Below, in pieces: positions 47,254 to 57,469 of a DNA stretch of 64,000 nucleotides. The position numbers and the translations under genes are program-made. Below the pieces are notes generated by a model, which was not told the origin of the DNA, made no database searches, and saw only the letters and a program-made list of their open reading frames with translations. Location of the stretch: the IMG/VR virus record IMGVR_UViG_3300037420_000217. One strand, written 5' to 3'. Every line of letters begins with the position of its first letter. The stretch's first letter is position 1. The stretch comes from an uncultured virus (IMG/VR IMGVR_UViG_3300037420_000217). Its lineage: Duplodnaviria; Heunggongvirae; Uroviricota; Caudoviricetes.

Positions 47254-48231
47254 CTACTGTACCTTGATCCGTCTCGTCAAGAGGCACCGGCATTGAATTA
47301 CTTCCTCAGCTGGTGCATTCGGATCGCCGGGATACCTGATATCACCATTCTTGGTCTGAAACGGGACACCGAACGGACGTGTCTGACCGTTGAGATTATG
47401 GTGGGTATCACGCTCATGACCATCAAGGTGGGTGCTCCACTTTGATATCAAGTTATCAGGGCTGAGCATGCCTTGATCAATCGCTTGATTGTAGGCTTCC
47501 TCTGTGCCTTCGTGTACAGCCCGAAGGGCCTGCGTCCGCGCGATTACCTCAGCCCGATACTTGACATATCGCTCGCTGTAGCGCTGGACCATGCGGTCGA
47601 TTTGCGTGGGTGTCAGAGGTTGCCCGCGACGGATGGCTGCTTCAACTGTGCGGTCGAAGCGGCCATCACGCAGCGCGCGGCTGAGAGCCTCACGCTGGTC
47701 CCCCACGGAAAGGTTGGCGTCCCCAGCTTGCTCAAGGAGACGCCTGTAATTGAGCACGGCCCCGGCTTGACTGTCAGTGAGCCCAACGACATCGCGGAAG
47801 TTGCGTGCCTGGTCAATAGGGTTCAGCCCAGCCTGGACGCCGTTCATCAGCACCCTGTGGACGGCCAGCTGCTGGTCAGCCGTAAAGCCCCGGATCAGGT
47901 CCAGCTGCGTCTGCTGCATAGCAGCTAGCGCGCGGGTGTTGATTACATCGAAGGCTACACGGCCGACATCGGCAGCGGTCAGAAACGCCGCCGTGTCCAC
48001 CCCGGCAGAGATAAACGTGAGCGTCGATGCTTGCGCAAGTTGTTCAGAGACGCCTTTAACGATGTCCAGAGCTTCATAGTAGCGACCTTGCTCCAGTAGT
48101 TCAGCGATCAGCTCAAGATCAAGATTGGCCTTGAGTTGCTCAATAGCAGTCGTGAAGATGCGCGATATGCGCGCCTCTCCTTGAGAGAGCAGCGCGCGGA
48201 TGCGTTCTTCAGGATCGACAACATCAGGCAC
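47254..48231 (-). CDS. Mu gpF/SPP1 gp7-like head morphogenesis protein
   Basis: RAEVIART...K.W...D...R..H..LNG...YPGDP...EVIQCRC; start GTG 48231 or 48249. Confidence 0.8.
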   Translation of the reverse strand: MPDVVDPEERIRALLSQGEARISRIFTTAIEQLKANLDLELIAELLEQGRYYEALDIVKGVSEQLAQASTLTFISAGVDTAAFLTAADVGRVAFDVINTRALAAMQQTQLDLIRGFTADQQLAVHRVLMNGVQAGLNPIDQARNFRDVVGLTDSQAGAVLNYRRLLEQAGDANLSVGDQREALSRALRDGRFDRTVEAAIRRGQPLTPTQIDRMVQRYSERYVKYRAEVIARTQALRAVHEGTEEAYNQAIDQGMLSPDNLISKWSTHLDGHERDTHHNLNGQTRPFGVPFQTKNGDIRYPGDPNAPAEEVIQCRCLLTRRIKVQ

Positions 48232-48619
48232 TGGCAGCCGTCCGGTCACGACACTGGATCGTGAAGGTGGAGCCAGCCGGGTCTGAGCCCACCAAGCGCA
48301 CAGCGGTCAAGGACGTCTGTGCGTTGCGGCCAGCGTCGAATATGGTGATAACGTCCTCAGCCTGGGGCACCAGGTCCACCTTCATGATCAACGCCTTACG
48401 GTCCCCAGCGAGCACCAGCGTACCGTCCACCTCGTTGTTCTCATAGTCCACCCAGATGCCCTTACAAGGGTGGTCGGCGGGGTCCCGCACTAGGCCGCCA
48501 GTGGGGTCGCCCGGATCACGGGTGCCTTCGCTAAGGCGCGTGATCTTGGCGTCATACAGGCCAGTGGCCACGTGTTTGTCAAGGATCGCCTTGATGTCAA
48601 CGCCGAACAGCTTGGCCAT
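48224..48619 (-). CDS. Head closure/stopper protein
   Basis: DGTLV..GD.K pattern; position. Confidence 0.7.
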   Translation of the reverse strand: MAKLFGVDIKAILDKHVATGLYDAKITRLSEGTRDPGDPTGGLVRDPADHPCKGIWVDYENNEVDGTLVLAGDRKALIMKVDLVPQAEDVITIFDAGRNAQTSLTAVRLVGSDPAGSTFTIQCRDRTAASA

Positions 48620-49312
48620 CTAGACCACCGTACACTCGAATTGGTGCCAGCCAGCGTTGATCCGACAACTGTCACACCACACCTTGCCATAGAAGGTGGG
48701 ATCGCGCCGGATACGCTCCTTGAAGTGGTCGTGAATCACGTAGGTTCGGCCACAGGCCTTGTGCCTAAGATCGTAGGGACCGCCTTGGACCTCAACAACC
48801 GTGTAGTTGTACGATGTGTTGCGGTTGCGAGTCAGGTGTCCACCCCAGTGCCCCCCTTGGGCAGCCCTCAATACATTCTCACCGTTGTGACCGTGGCGGG
48901 CATCATCCCTGTGGGCTTCGATCAACGGATCAGCGTCATCCAGCGCCTTCGCAGCTCGCTGGATCAGGGCCTCCACACGCTCACGGGTCTGTGGGGTCCA
49001 CTTGATCGTGGTCACGTCGTCGGTCATGTCATGGCAGGCTTCGATCAGCGCCGTGGTCACGTCGATCACCTCTTGGATGATCGGGTGGTCTGATTTCAAC
49101 TTCAGGATGTCAGTACCGAACCGCCGGAGGTCATTGAGCTTCACCCATGCTTTGCCCTCGCTGATACGACCAGCTTGGACGTCGCAGCGGTTGAGGAAAT
49201 TGTGTACGTAGGCGAAGGCTGCGTGCCCATGGAACAGAATGCATGCCGGGCACGGCTCGCTCTGATCATACGGCGGGTTGTACAGGCGCTGAGGTTGCAT
49301 GGTTGGGCTCAT
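48620..49312 (-). CDS. Cys/His-rich hypothetical protein inserted in the neck genes (230 aa)
   Basis: CPAC; HKACG...RDPTFYG..WCDSC. Confidence 0.6.
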   Translation of the reverse strand: MSPTMQPQRLYNPPYDQSEPCPACILFHGHAAFAYVHNFLNRCDVQAGRISEGKAWVKLNDLRRFGTDILKLKSDHPIIQEVIDVTTALIEACHDMTDDVTTIKWTPQTRERVEALIQRAAKALDDADPLIEAHRDDARHGHNGENVLRAAQGGHWGGHLTRNRNTSYNYTVVEVQGGPYDLRHKACGRTYVIHDHFKERIRRDPTFYGKVWCDSCRINAGWHQFECTVV

Positions 49313-49818
49313 TGGTAGATGTCCGGCTTGTATTCGTTGCAGTCGAAGCGCGAGGGGAAGTCCGTGCCGCCAGCGTAGCCGTACAGGCCTTCCACTGTGG
49401 CTCCGCTGCCAAGCAACGCGCTGATGAGGTCGAAGGCAGCCTGCGGCAGAGGCGTGCCGTCCACCGGCCTGAAGAACTCGACCTTGGCAGGACCAGCCCC
49501 CGCGCTCTTGATGTTGGACGCAGACGACGGATTGCTGAACAGGTCAGGCTGCGTCAGCATGTCCGCCGCAAGGAGCGCGCAGGCCTGAGAAACTGCCGCA
49601 GGAGCAGTCTCGTCAGTCGGGGGTGCCGTCCCTGCAGCCCACTTCAGCCGTTGCAGCAGGCGCGTGGCGCTAGCCAGTCCGCGACCCTTCTCGTCAGCTG
49701 ACCGGGCTGCCCAGGCCGCGAACCGCTCCACGTCCGCCAGCAAATAGGTGGATGCGTCAGTCACGGTGATGTAGGAAGGGAACTGCGTGGCAGCGACGGT
49801 GACAGTGATAGCGGTCAT
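49309..49818 (-). CDS. Head-tail adaptor protein
   Basis: SYITV.DA..Y...W...L..AT..L...W, GP.KVEF; follows portal. Confidence 0.7.
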   Translation of the reverse strand: MTAITVTVAATQFPSYITVTDASTYLLADVERFAAWAARSADEKGRGLASATRLLQRLKWAAGTAPPTDETAPAAVSQACALLAADMLTQPDLFSNPSSASNIKSAGAGPAKVEFFRPVDGTPLPQAAFDLISALLGSGATVEGLYGYAGGTDFPSRFDCNEYKPDIYQ

Positions 49819-51314
49819 TTGGCCCCAGCCTCTCCAGACTTGACGTCTTTGCCCTTGCCCTTGGACTTGTCGTCCGCAGGCGGTTTGCCCATGGCAGCCT
49901 GGGCCTTCGCCGTCAGGGCCTCCAGCTCAGCGCCGGTCTTGAGGGCTGCGTTCTCCATCTCCCGGTCCAGCATCTCCTGGGGCGTGCGCGACAGCCCAAG
50001 CAGGTCACGCATCTCACCAATCGCCGGATCGTCGGGCGGCAGGACCGCTCCGGCCGCAGCCATGTCCTTCAGCGTCGTCGCCATCATGGCCACATCCTTG
50101 AATTGGACATCTTCGGTCTTGAGCTTGGGCCACAGCTCCTTGGGAATGCCGTTGAGCGTACACAACGCCCCCACGAAGTCCCGGTTGTAGGCATCCCGGA
50201 TGTCGTTCTGGCACGACGTCACGGTCATGTAGAAGTCCGTCACCTTCATGGTGCCGAGTGCTAGGGAGCCGGTGCCATCACTGCCGAGCAGCAGGTGGTC
50301 AGTCCCGAGGACAGTGGCCAGCTCCCGGTTGAGTCGATTGATGGCGTTGGCCACCTCGCCTTGGCCGGACGCGTCACCCTGGAGCAGGCTGACGTCCCAC
50401 ATCTTCTCATTGGATGGTGCTTGCTTGTCATCCGTCGTGATGAAGGTGGCGCTGTCCATCAGCAACCCGGACTTCTCATTGCGGATGTGGTTGCCGAGGA
50501 ACCGGGTCAACGGCCCAAGGAGCTTGGTGGCCTCAGGCGCGGTCAGCTTGCCTTGGCGCTCCATCTCCCGCAGCTGCGTCAGTGGCGCGCGGGCGATGGG
50601 AATGCCACGCAGGTCTGTCTCATAGCCGACCTGCTCAAGCTCCTCGTACGCTGTGAGGCGTTCCACGGTCTTGACAAGGTGACGCAGGATGCCCAGGCCC
50701 TCAGGGCTGTCATTGAGCGAGTCATCCACCAGGTGGATGATCTTCTTGCGCGGCAGGTAAATCTCACCGGCCGCCAACTCCGGCAGCTGCCAGCACCCGA
50801 GGACTGACCCGTTGTCGTCCAAGTCCCAACGTTCGATGGTAGATTGGGGCCGTGCCTCCACGTCCAGCATGCCGAGCTTGCCGTCAACGTCGCGGCGCTT
50901 GGCGGTCCACTCCTGGATGCTGAAGCCGAAGTAGCGGAACATGGCAGCCCGGCGGATGACCTTCGACCAGGGGGTGGTCATGTCGCACATACATGACTCA
51001 ATGAAATCCGCGACTTCTTTCGCGCCGTTGAGCTCTTTGCCCTGGCTATCGGTCGCAGGCTCCACGCTCCAGGAGGACTTGCCGAGGATGTTGAGGAAGT
51101 AGCGGGTGCCAGCGGCCACGATGGACGTGTTGGCCAGGATGTCGCTGTAGGTGCGGTACTTGGCCTTGCCAGCGATGGAGGGGGAGCGCTCACGCTCAAC
51201 CAGGTATCCACCGTAGGCCGTGGCCCCGCCCTTACCGGCTGTCACTGTGGGAGCGACGGCCTTGCGGCCAGGGCTGACGGCCTTCAGAATGTTGGTGAAA
51301 AGGCCGTCAGCCAT
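49815..51314 (-). CDS. Portal protein (DUF935-like)
   Basis: FGFS..E, R.Q.TI.RW, PEG.GILR, GS.AL; ~500 aa; start ATG 51314. Confidence 0.85.
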   Translation of the reverse strand: MADGLFTNILKAVSPGRKAVAPTVTAGKGGATAYGGYLVERERSPSIAGKAKYRTYSDILANTSIVAAGTRYFLNILGKSSWSVEPATDSQGKELNGAKEVADFIESCMCDMTTPWSKVIRRAAMFRYFGFSIQEWTAKRRDVDGKLGMLDVEARPQSTIERWDLDDNGSVLGCWQLPELAAGEIYLPRKKIIHLVDDSLNDSPEGLGILRHLVKTVERLTAYEELEQVGYETDLRGIPIARAPLTQLREMERQGKLTAPEATKLLGPLTRFLGNHIRNEKSGLLMDSATFITTDDKQAPSNEKMWDVSLLQGDASGQGEVANAINRLNRELATVLGTDHLLLGSDGTGSLALGTMKVTDFYMTVTSCQNDIRDAYNRDFVGALCTLNGIPKELWPKLKTEDVQFKDVAMMATTLKDMAAAGAVLPPDDPAIGEMRDLLGLSRTPQEMLDREMENAALKTGAELEALTAKAQAAMGKPPADDKSKGKGKDVKSGEAGAK

Positions 51315-51388
51315 ACCGAGGCTCCTCAAATCAGACGAGCAGCCTTACCCTGAACGATGGCGGATCGTCTAGGGAACAGGACCTGATG

Positions 51389-52393
51389 CTAGCAGGCCGG
51401 ATCAACGATGCTGGGGCGATTGGCGCCAGCTTCCACTATGTTGCCGCAGCGCTTCACGTAGGTGGAGCGCTCGGTGTTGATGCTGGTCCGCCACTGAGCA
51501 AGCGGCAGCGTCGCCACGCGATTGTTGGTGAGCTGGCATTGGCGGCAGTCATACAGGGCGATGCCCTGCGGATAGCTGCCCAGCACGTAGTTGTCGCTCA
51601 CCGTGATCCGGTCGAAGCCGCCATCATCCACGCCGTCCCGGACGTGATTGAAGCCGCTGAACCCCTGGCTGTCGCCAAAGGAGCTGTTGAACCGGATCGT
51701 GATGTCGGCCACCGGCGGGAAGGTCGGACGGCTGTACATCTGGATGCAGTCGGGGTGTTCCAGGCTGGTGATGCGCGTGCCGTCGCAGACGTTCCGCTCG
51801 ATCAGGCCCTTGTTGCTGCCTGGGCCAACGTTCACGCCATCCGACCGCATCGTGGTGAAGCGATTGCCCGCAATCCTGAAGTCGTGCGAGCCGTTGTCCA
51901 TCACGATGCCGATCTTGAAGCCGTGGAACACGTTGTTGGTGATCGACATGTTGGCCGTGGCGTTGGACCGCAGCCCGTAGCCGTCGCCCTTGGCCCCCAT
52001 CACACCGGCAATGCTGACCTCCGGTCCCTTGAGGAAGGCACCATTGAGGCTGAAGCCGGAGCCACCCGTGAGGATGATGGCATAGTTGTAGCAGTTCGTC
52101 AGAGCGCCGGGCACGCAGCCGTTGAGGAATGTGCCGCCCGTCACCTTGAAGTTGTTGACGTTCTTGAGGCTCATGCCGTTGATAGTGGAGCCGCGAGCGT
52201 CCACGGTCACGCTGGTGAAGGGGCGATCCTGGAGGACGATGGCGCTGTATGTCCCAGGAGCCAGGATGACAGTGTCACCGTCCTTGACAGCAGCCCAGGC
52301 CGTCCTGGTCGCTGTCTCAGGCGTGAAGTTGAGCGTTGCAGCGAGCGCAGGCGCTGCTAACAGGGTGAGCAGGAAGGCGAGCAGAAGTCGCAT
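51389..52393 (-). CDS. Signal-peptide-bearing right-handed beta-helix (pectate-lyase-like) protein
   Basis: MRLLLAFLLTLLAAPALA signal; GDTVILAPGTY; I.NN.F repeats; HPDCIQ. Confidence 0.75.
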   Translation of the reverse strand: MRLLLAFLLTLLAAPALAATLNFTPETATRTAWAAVKDGDTVILAPGTYSAIVLQDRPFTSVTVDARGSTINGMSLKNVNNFKVTGGTFLNGCVPGALTNCYNYAIILTGGSGFSLNGAFLKGPEVSIAGVMGAKGDGYGLRSNATANMSITNNVFHGFKIGIVMDNGSHDFRIAGNRFTTMRSDGVNVGPGSNKGLIERNVCDGTRITSLEHPDCIQMYSRPTFPPVADITIRFNSSFGDSQGFSGFNHVRDGVDDGGFDRITVSDNYVLGSYPQGIALYDCRQCQLTNNRVATLPLAQWRTSINTERSTYVKRCGNIVEAGANRPSIVDPAC

Positions 52394-52402
52394 GTGGTCT
52401 CC

Positions 52403-55348
52403 TTACGAGGCGAGGTCGAAGGCACCGGGGCACCCGTTGCCGTTCGTCGCTCTCGTAGTCCCGCTCAGGTCTTCAGGGAAGCACTGATCAGTGGCACTGA
52501 TCATCCCCTTGTGCGGCGAGAGGCTGGTGGGGTGGTAGTCCCCGCCACCTGCCTTCGCACCGCTCGGTGCCGACCAGGACTGATCGTTGACCCATTTGGG
52601 ATCAAGGTTGACGCCGGTCAGCGTGGTGGCCTCGAACACCTCGCCTGCGTTGTTGCCTGGACCAGCCACGTTGTTGAAGCTGCCAGCCCCAAACAGCGCA
52701 TTCTTGTAGCGGTCCACGCTGTGGATGGAGTGCCAGTTGCCCACGCGGAAGCGGTTCATGCGAGGTGTGGCACTGTCGTACAGGTCCGACTTCGCGTTGC
52801 GGTCCATGTAGGCGTTGCAGCGGTCGATCACGCGCTTTTGGACGCAGCCGAGGGCGCTGGGCGAGGTCTCGTTGATCGCCCCGTTGGAGGCCACGCTGTT
52901 CTCGTTGTACACGAGGTTGATGCCTTCACCAGCGTAGGTGTTCCAGAGGTGGTACAGGAGCGGGATCGGCCGGATGGTGCCGTCAGCTGACAGCTCGCCG
53001 CCCTTCGAACTCGCGACGCCAGCATTGCTGTACACCTCAACGAAGTTCATCATCCAGCAGCCTGCGCGAGCGAGGTCACCCGTGGTGCCGGTCTGGTTGA
53101 AGTCCTTGGGCGTGGCCTTACACGTCGGGAAGCTGTTGAAGGCACGCATGCTCGTCTGGAGCTGAGGTCCAGGAAGCGTTGTACTGCCCGTCCCCTCAGC
53201 GCAGTAGTACTGCGACGGGTTGAACATGTTGGCGCCGTTGCTGAAGATGATCCCAACAACGTTGACCGCGACCGTGGTGCAGTTGGACGACTGCCCGGTC
53301 AGGTTGCTGGCGCTCATGGTGCCGCCCGCAACCAGCTTGATGTTGCTGAATGCGTCGATGCCCAGAGCCGGGCCACAGCCGTCGAAGATGCAGTTGGTGA
53401 ACCACATCAGGCCCATGCGAGCCATACAGCGCTGTTGACTGGTCCCCGCGCCGGTGAGCTTGCAGCCTTCGAACCACGTCTCAAAGTTGTACTCAGAGGC
53501 GTTCGAAGGCGCGAGCGACTGATTGTCCAGCGCCGCCGTGGTGGTGTTGCCTTGGATCGTGACTTCCACGAACTTGACACGGCGACCACCGGTCTTGAGC
53601 GAGGTTGAGGCCGCAGGCGTGATGACCACATCCGCATAGGAGGACGTGGTGGACGGGTGGCGCTGGATGATCATCCAGGTGTCGCCCTTGGTGCCAGAGC
53701 TCATGTTGCTCGTGGTGCCGTGGTACCCGACGTAGGTGCCGCTCTTGAGGTAGATGACAATGTTGCCGGTGTCGTTCTTGTTGCGACCGCCCGAACCGGT
53801 TGCCAGAGCGCTCTTGGTCAGGGCCGCGACCTTGGCCGCGCTGATCGTCGCGAACGGCGAGGCGTCGGCTGTGGCCTGGGTCAGGCTCGCCACCCCGGTG
53901 CCATCGTTGCCTGACGTCGGGTCCACGGTGGCATACATGGGAGCCCAGGCCGCCGAGGCATCCTTGCGGAACGGGATGCGCTTGGTGTTGTTCGTGGGCG
54001 CACCACCCGCCTGCGTCGGGATCGCGAGGCCATAGCCGTGCGTGTTGGACAGGAACGAAGCGCCCCGGAACGGGAACACATCGTACTCCAGCCCGTACCA
54101 ACCATCAGAAAGGCTGCTGATGTCGATGGTCTGGCCGAACACCTGCACGATGTTGCCAGCCGTGCTGATCGTGGAGCGGACCATGCTCGTGACTTTGGCA
54201 GGCGTCAGCACCGTGTTGCCGTTGGACAGGTCGATCACGCGGAACTGGACGCAAGCGGCCATGCGGCCTGACTGGCCAAAGGGATGCCCAACGACAAGCT
54301 CCGCACGCAGGCTGGAGGTCACACGCTGGTAGGGCTGCGTCAGCTCGGTGATGACCGGCTGGTATTGGGCTATGGTGCTGTTGTTGGTCTTGGTGATGAT
54401 GTTGACGTTGCCAGCACGGCTCGCGCCGTACAGGTTGGCCGACGCATTGACAGCCGTGATCGTCTCACCGGCATGGATCGTCTGGTCAAGCACCACGTAG
54501 ATTTCAGCATCAGCCCCGTTCTGGATTTCCATCTTGGGGAGGGTGAAGCCGCCGCTGGCCGAGCCGATGCACTCCCAGCTCACGCCACCGTCCGTGACCA
54601 CCTGGCCAACCGTGGTGTGCGTGGGGGCGGTGGCGCCGCAAGTCCCGGCCGTCGTGGCCCGGTAGAACTTGGTGGAGCCGCTGAAGTCCCGGATGCGGCG
54701 ATCATTGATGGCCACCACTTCACCGGTGGTCCAGTCGGGGTCAACCGGGAGGCGCAGGGCAATGGTCGGCTTGACAGTGCGTGACGGCGTAGTCGCACCG
54801 CCGGTGCTGTCGAAGCCCGCACCCTGGACCGTGAGCGTCAGCTTGGTCGGATCGAAGGTCTGCCCGATGGACATGCCCTTGAACACCAGCTTCAGGCCGT
54901 AGCCGTTGAGGTTCACCAGGTTCGTGGGGCTCGTGACAACCGGCGTGGCGTCCATGACCGTGACGGACAGCAGGTCGTTGTTGACAGCGCCGACTGCGGT
55001 GCTGATGGAGAACGTGTCGCTGGTGGTGCCGATGTTGAGCACCACGTCCACGGTCGTGTCAGGATCGGTGCTGGAGTTGCGTCGCACCGAGAACTGATCT
55101 CCGTTGACAGCCGTTCCGGCCGACGAGGTGTAGGCTCCACCGTTCTTGCTGTACGTGCCCCCGGTGACCGTGACCGCAGCCGTGCCATTGATGCCGGTGA
55201 CGGTGATCGTGTTCGAGGTGTATTGCGTGTTGAGGGTGGCGCCCGTGACGTCGTTGAAATGGTAGGGGTCGGGCAGCACGTCAATCTGCCCTGAGACCTT
55301 TCCACCAAGCTGGCCGAGCCGTCCGAGGGAACCGGGACCTTTGCGCAT
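52403..55348 (-). CDS. Large fibre/spike-like virion protein (Ig-like, small CBM-like and beta-helix regions)
   Basis: Gly/Thr-rich 981 aa; Ig-like repeat PDPYHF..SNTITVTGIN; YRATTAGT.G..AP...TDGGVSW module; C-terminal GDYH...SP...DL.G..R...GAF. Confidence 0.65.
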   Translation of the reverse strand: MRKGPGSLGRLGQLGGKVSGQIDVLPDPYHFNDVTGATLNTQYTSNTITVTGINGTAAVTVTGGTYSKNGGAYTSSAGTAVNGDQFSVRRNSSTDPDTTVDVVLNIGTTSDTFSISTAVGAVNNDLLSVTVMDATPVVTSPTNLVNLNGYGLKLVFKGMSIGQTFDPTKLTLTVQGAGFDSTGGATTPSRTVKPTIALRLPVDPDWTTGEVVAINDRRIRDFSGSTKFYRATTAGTCGATAPTHTTVGQVVTDGGVSWECIGSASGGFTLPKMEIQNGADAEIYVVLDQTIHAGETITAVNASANLYGASRAGNVNIITKTNNSTIAQYQPVITELTQPYQRVTSSLRAELVVGHPFGQSGRMAACVQFRVIDLSNGNTVLTPAKVTSMVRSTISTAGNIVQVFGQTIDISSLSDGWYGLEYDVFPFRGASFLSNTHGYGLAIPTQAGGAPTNNTKRIPFRKDASAAWAPMYATVDPTSGNDGTGVASLTQATADASPFATISAAKVAALTKSALATGSGGRNKNDTGNIVIYLKSGTYVGYHGTTSNMSSGTKGDTWMIIQRHPSTTSSYADVVITPAASTSLKTGGRRVKFVEVTIQGNTTTAALDNQSLAPSNASEYNFETWFEGCKLTGAGTSQQRCMARMGLMWFTNCIFDGCGPALGIDAFSNIKLVAGGTMSASNLTGQSSNCTTVAVNVVGIIFSNGANMFNPSQYYCAEGTGSTTLPGPQLQTSMRAFNSFPTCKATPKDFNQTGTTGDLARAGCWMMNFVEVYSNAGVASSKGGELSADGTIRPIPLLYHLWNTYAGEGINLVYNENSVASNGAINETSPSALGCVQKRVIDRCNAYMDRNAKSDLYDSATPRMNRFRVGNWHSIHSVDRYKNALFGAGSFNNVAGPGNNAGEVFEATTLTGVNLDPKWVNDQSWSAPSGAKAGGGDYHPTSLSPHKGMISATDQCFPEDLSGTTRATNGNGCPGAFDLAS

Positions 55349-55360
55349 GGCGGATGATCC

Positions 55361-55687
55361 TTACAGGACGCCGCAGGGAGTGATATACAGCGTGCCAGAG
55401 CCACTGAGGGCAGCGGCGGCGATCTTGTCTTCACCCCGCTTGACCTGGATGAAGTGGCGCTCGCCGGCAGCCAGCACGAAGTTGTAGGCTGCGCCGGTGT
55501 CAGGGGTCGGCCCCCGAGCGATCTTCATGTCAGCGCCCATGGCGTGGAGCATGACTTCATCAGCGTCGATCACGGCGCTGGTGGGAGTGCTGGAGGTGGT
55601 GATGGCCAGCGCCTCTTGGATGTTTCCATACAGACGGGTGCCAGCTTCATAGGGATCGAACACAGACGACGCTCCTGGATTGGACAA
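55361..55687 (-). CDS. Small beta-rich virion protein (possible spike base)
   Basis: 108 aa beta pattern ending SGTLYITP; precedes the fibre gene. Confidence 0.55.
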   Translation of the reverse strand: MSNPGASSVFDPYEAGTRLYGNIQEALAITTSSTPTSAVIDADEVMLHAMGADMKIARGPTPDTGAAYNFVLAAGERHFIQVKRGEDKIAAAALSGSGTLYITPCGVL

Positions 55688-55783
55688 GCGCCGAGCAATG
55701 CTATGAGCCCGGTGAACATCGCACCCTTACTGCGGACCTCAGCCCAGAGGCAAGGCGGTTCACAGCCTCTGGGCGTTGGTCGG

Positions 55784-57469
55784 TCAGCCGAAGGCTCCAA
55801 GCGCCCTGTCAAGAGCGGATTGGTTTTCTTCGCTCGGCATTGATCCGGCTTTCACCTCTCGCGGACCCTCGGGCACCTGCGTGGTCGGCACGCTGATGAG
55901 GCGCTGATAGGCGCGGCTGGCGGCGTCCACCTGGTCCTTGTATGCGCCCCTAGGGAACGTGGCAAGCTCGTTGAGGAAGGCGTCATTCCACGGCCCCTTG
56001 ACGATCTTGACGTTGCCATTGTTCCACTGCGAGGCGAGGGGGATGGCGCGGTCAGCCTTGTCGCCTGACTCAGGCGTGATGCTGAACTTGCGGCCGTCCA
56101 GGGCCTTGCCGAGGTGAGCCTTCTGCGACTTGCCGGCCGAGCCGGGGTCTTGGGGCAGGTCCTGGTGCACGCCAAAGTCGTCATCGCGAGCGGTGTCAAC
56201 GATGTGTTGCTCAGCCGCTTCGATCTCAGCCCTGACCCTGGTGACGTGCTTCACCACGTAGCCGCCGGTGGGCGTCTTGCCAAGCATCACGCTGGCTGTG
56301 TAGGGGCTGGTCTTGCGCGTGGAACCGGCGATGTCCCAGCCTCGCACCCATTCGCAGTTGGCAGGGGCGAACTCCAAAGGCTCACCGCACGCATCCCGCT
56401 TGAACATGCCGCCGCCACGAGGCGCGGGGCGCTGCTGCAGCTGACCAGCAACAGCGTAGTCGCCGCCCCATGAGCTGAGCGTGCGCTTGAGGTCCGCGAC
56501 CCCCTTGGCAGTGAAGCGCTCAGGGAACAGCAGCTCATCCTCGACCGTGCGGGGGTCAGTGAAGGTCAGCTCCTCCGGCTGCGCAGGATCAGCGCCCGCT
56601 GGTCGCAGGACCGTGTGGCAGCGTCGGCTGGGTTCGAACTCCATGGGCAGCTCTAGGTGCACGTAGGGCAGCCCCTCGGCCAGGATCAGGCCGGACACGT
56701 CCCGCTCGTGGACGCGCTGCATGATCACCACGAAGGCTGACTCATCCAGATCGTTCACGCGTGAGGGGACAACTTCGGTGAACCACTGCGCCTTGCTGTC
56801 AAGATCCACCTCGCTCTCAGCGGTCTTGACGTTGTGGGGGTCGTCGATGATGAACCTGTCGCCCCGCTCGCCGGTCGCTGTACCGCCGACCGAGGTGGCA
56901 ATGCGGAAGCCCCTGTGGTCGTTCTCATACTTCACCTTGGCGTTCTGGTCGCTTGCCATGGCGAAGCGATCACCCCAGAGGTGTTGATACATGTCGCTTT
57001 CGATCAGCTGTCGAGCCCGGCGGTTGTCCCGGATCGTCAGTGACTCGCTGTACGAGGCTGACACGTAGCGCAGGAAGGGCTGGTTGCGTGGCCCCCACTC
57101 CCAGCTGGGCCAGATCACCTGCGTGAGCAGCGACTTCATCATGCCCGGCGGGACGTTGATGAGGAGCTTCTTGATGTGGCCGTAGCTGACCGCCTCAAGG
57201 TGGTCGCAGATCGCCCGGATCGCCCAACCATCCTTCATCTCGCGGCCAGGCTCCAGGACGGGCCACATCATCTTGGCGTAGTCGATCAACGACGCCTCTG
57301 CGATGTCCTGGTTGAGCAGCGCCAAGGCCTTCTGCGCATCGCTGAGGGCATGCGTGACCTTGGTGTGGATCGCGAGCCGAGCGCGCTCCTCCGGTGGCAT
57401 GGGGCCGCGCCCCTGCTTGGTCTTGCCGATCAGGTGGTGGCGTCCGTTGTGGGGGTCCTTGAAGGTCAT
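55784..57469 (-). CDS. terL: Terminase large subunit
   Basis: LLINVPPG.MKS, TGERGD..IIDDPH, MQR.HE.D, RGWDIA, FP.G..KDQVDA. Confidence 0.95.
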   Translation of the reverse strand: MTFKDPHNGRHHLIGKTKQGRGPMPPEERARLAIHTKVTHALSDAQKALALLNQDIAEASLIDYAKMMWPVLEPGREMKDGWAIRAICDHLEAVSYGHIKKLLINVPPGMMKSLLTQVIWPSWEWGPRNQPFLRYVSASYSESLTIRDNRRARQLIESDMYQHLWGDRFAMASDQNAKVKYENDHRGFRIATSVGGTATGERGDRFIIDDPHNVKTAESEVDLDSKAQWFTEVVPSRVNDLDESAFVVIMQRVHERDVSGLILAEGLPYVHLELPMEFEPSRRCHTVLRPAGADPAQPEELTFTDPRTVEDELLFPERFTAKGVADLKRTLSSWGGDYAVAGQLQQRPAPRGGGMFKRDACGEPLEFAPANCEWVRGWDIAGSTRKTSPYTASVMLGKTPTGGYVVKHVTRVRAEIEAAEQHIVDTARDDDFGVHQDLPQDPGSAGKSQKAHLGKALDGRKFSITPESGDKADRAIPLASQWNNGNVKIVKGPWNDAFLNELATFPRGAYKDQVDAASRAYQRLISVPTTQVPEGPREVKAGSMPSEENQSALDRALGAFG

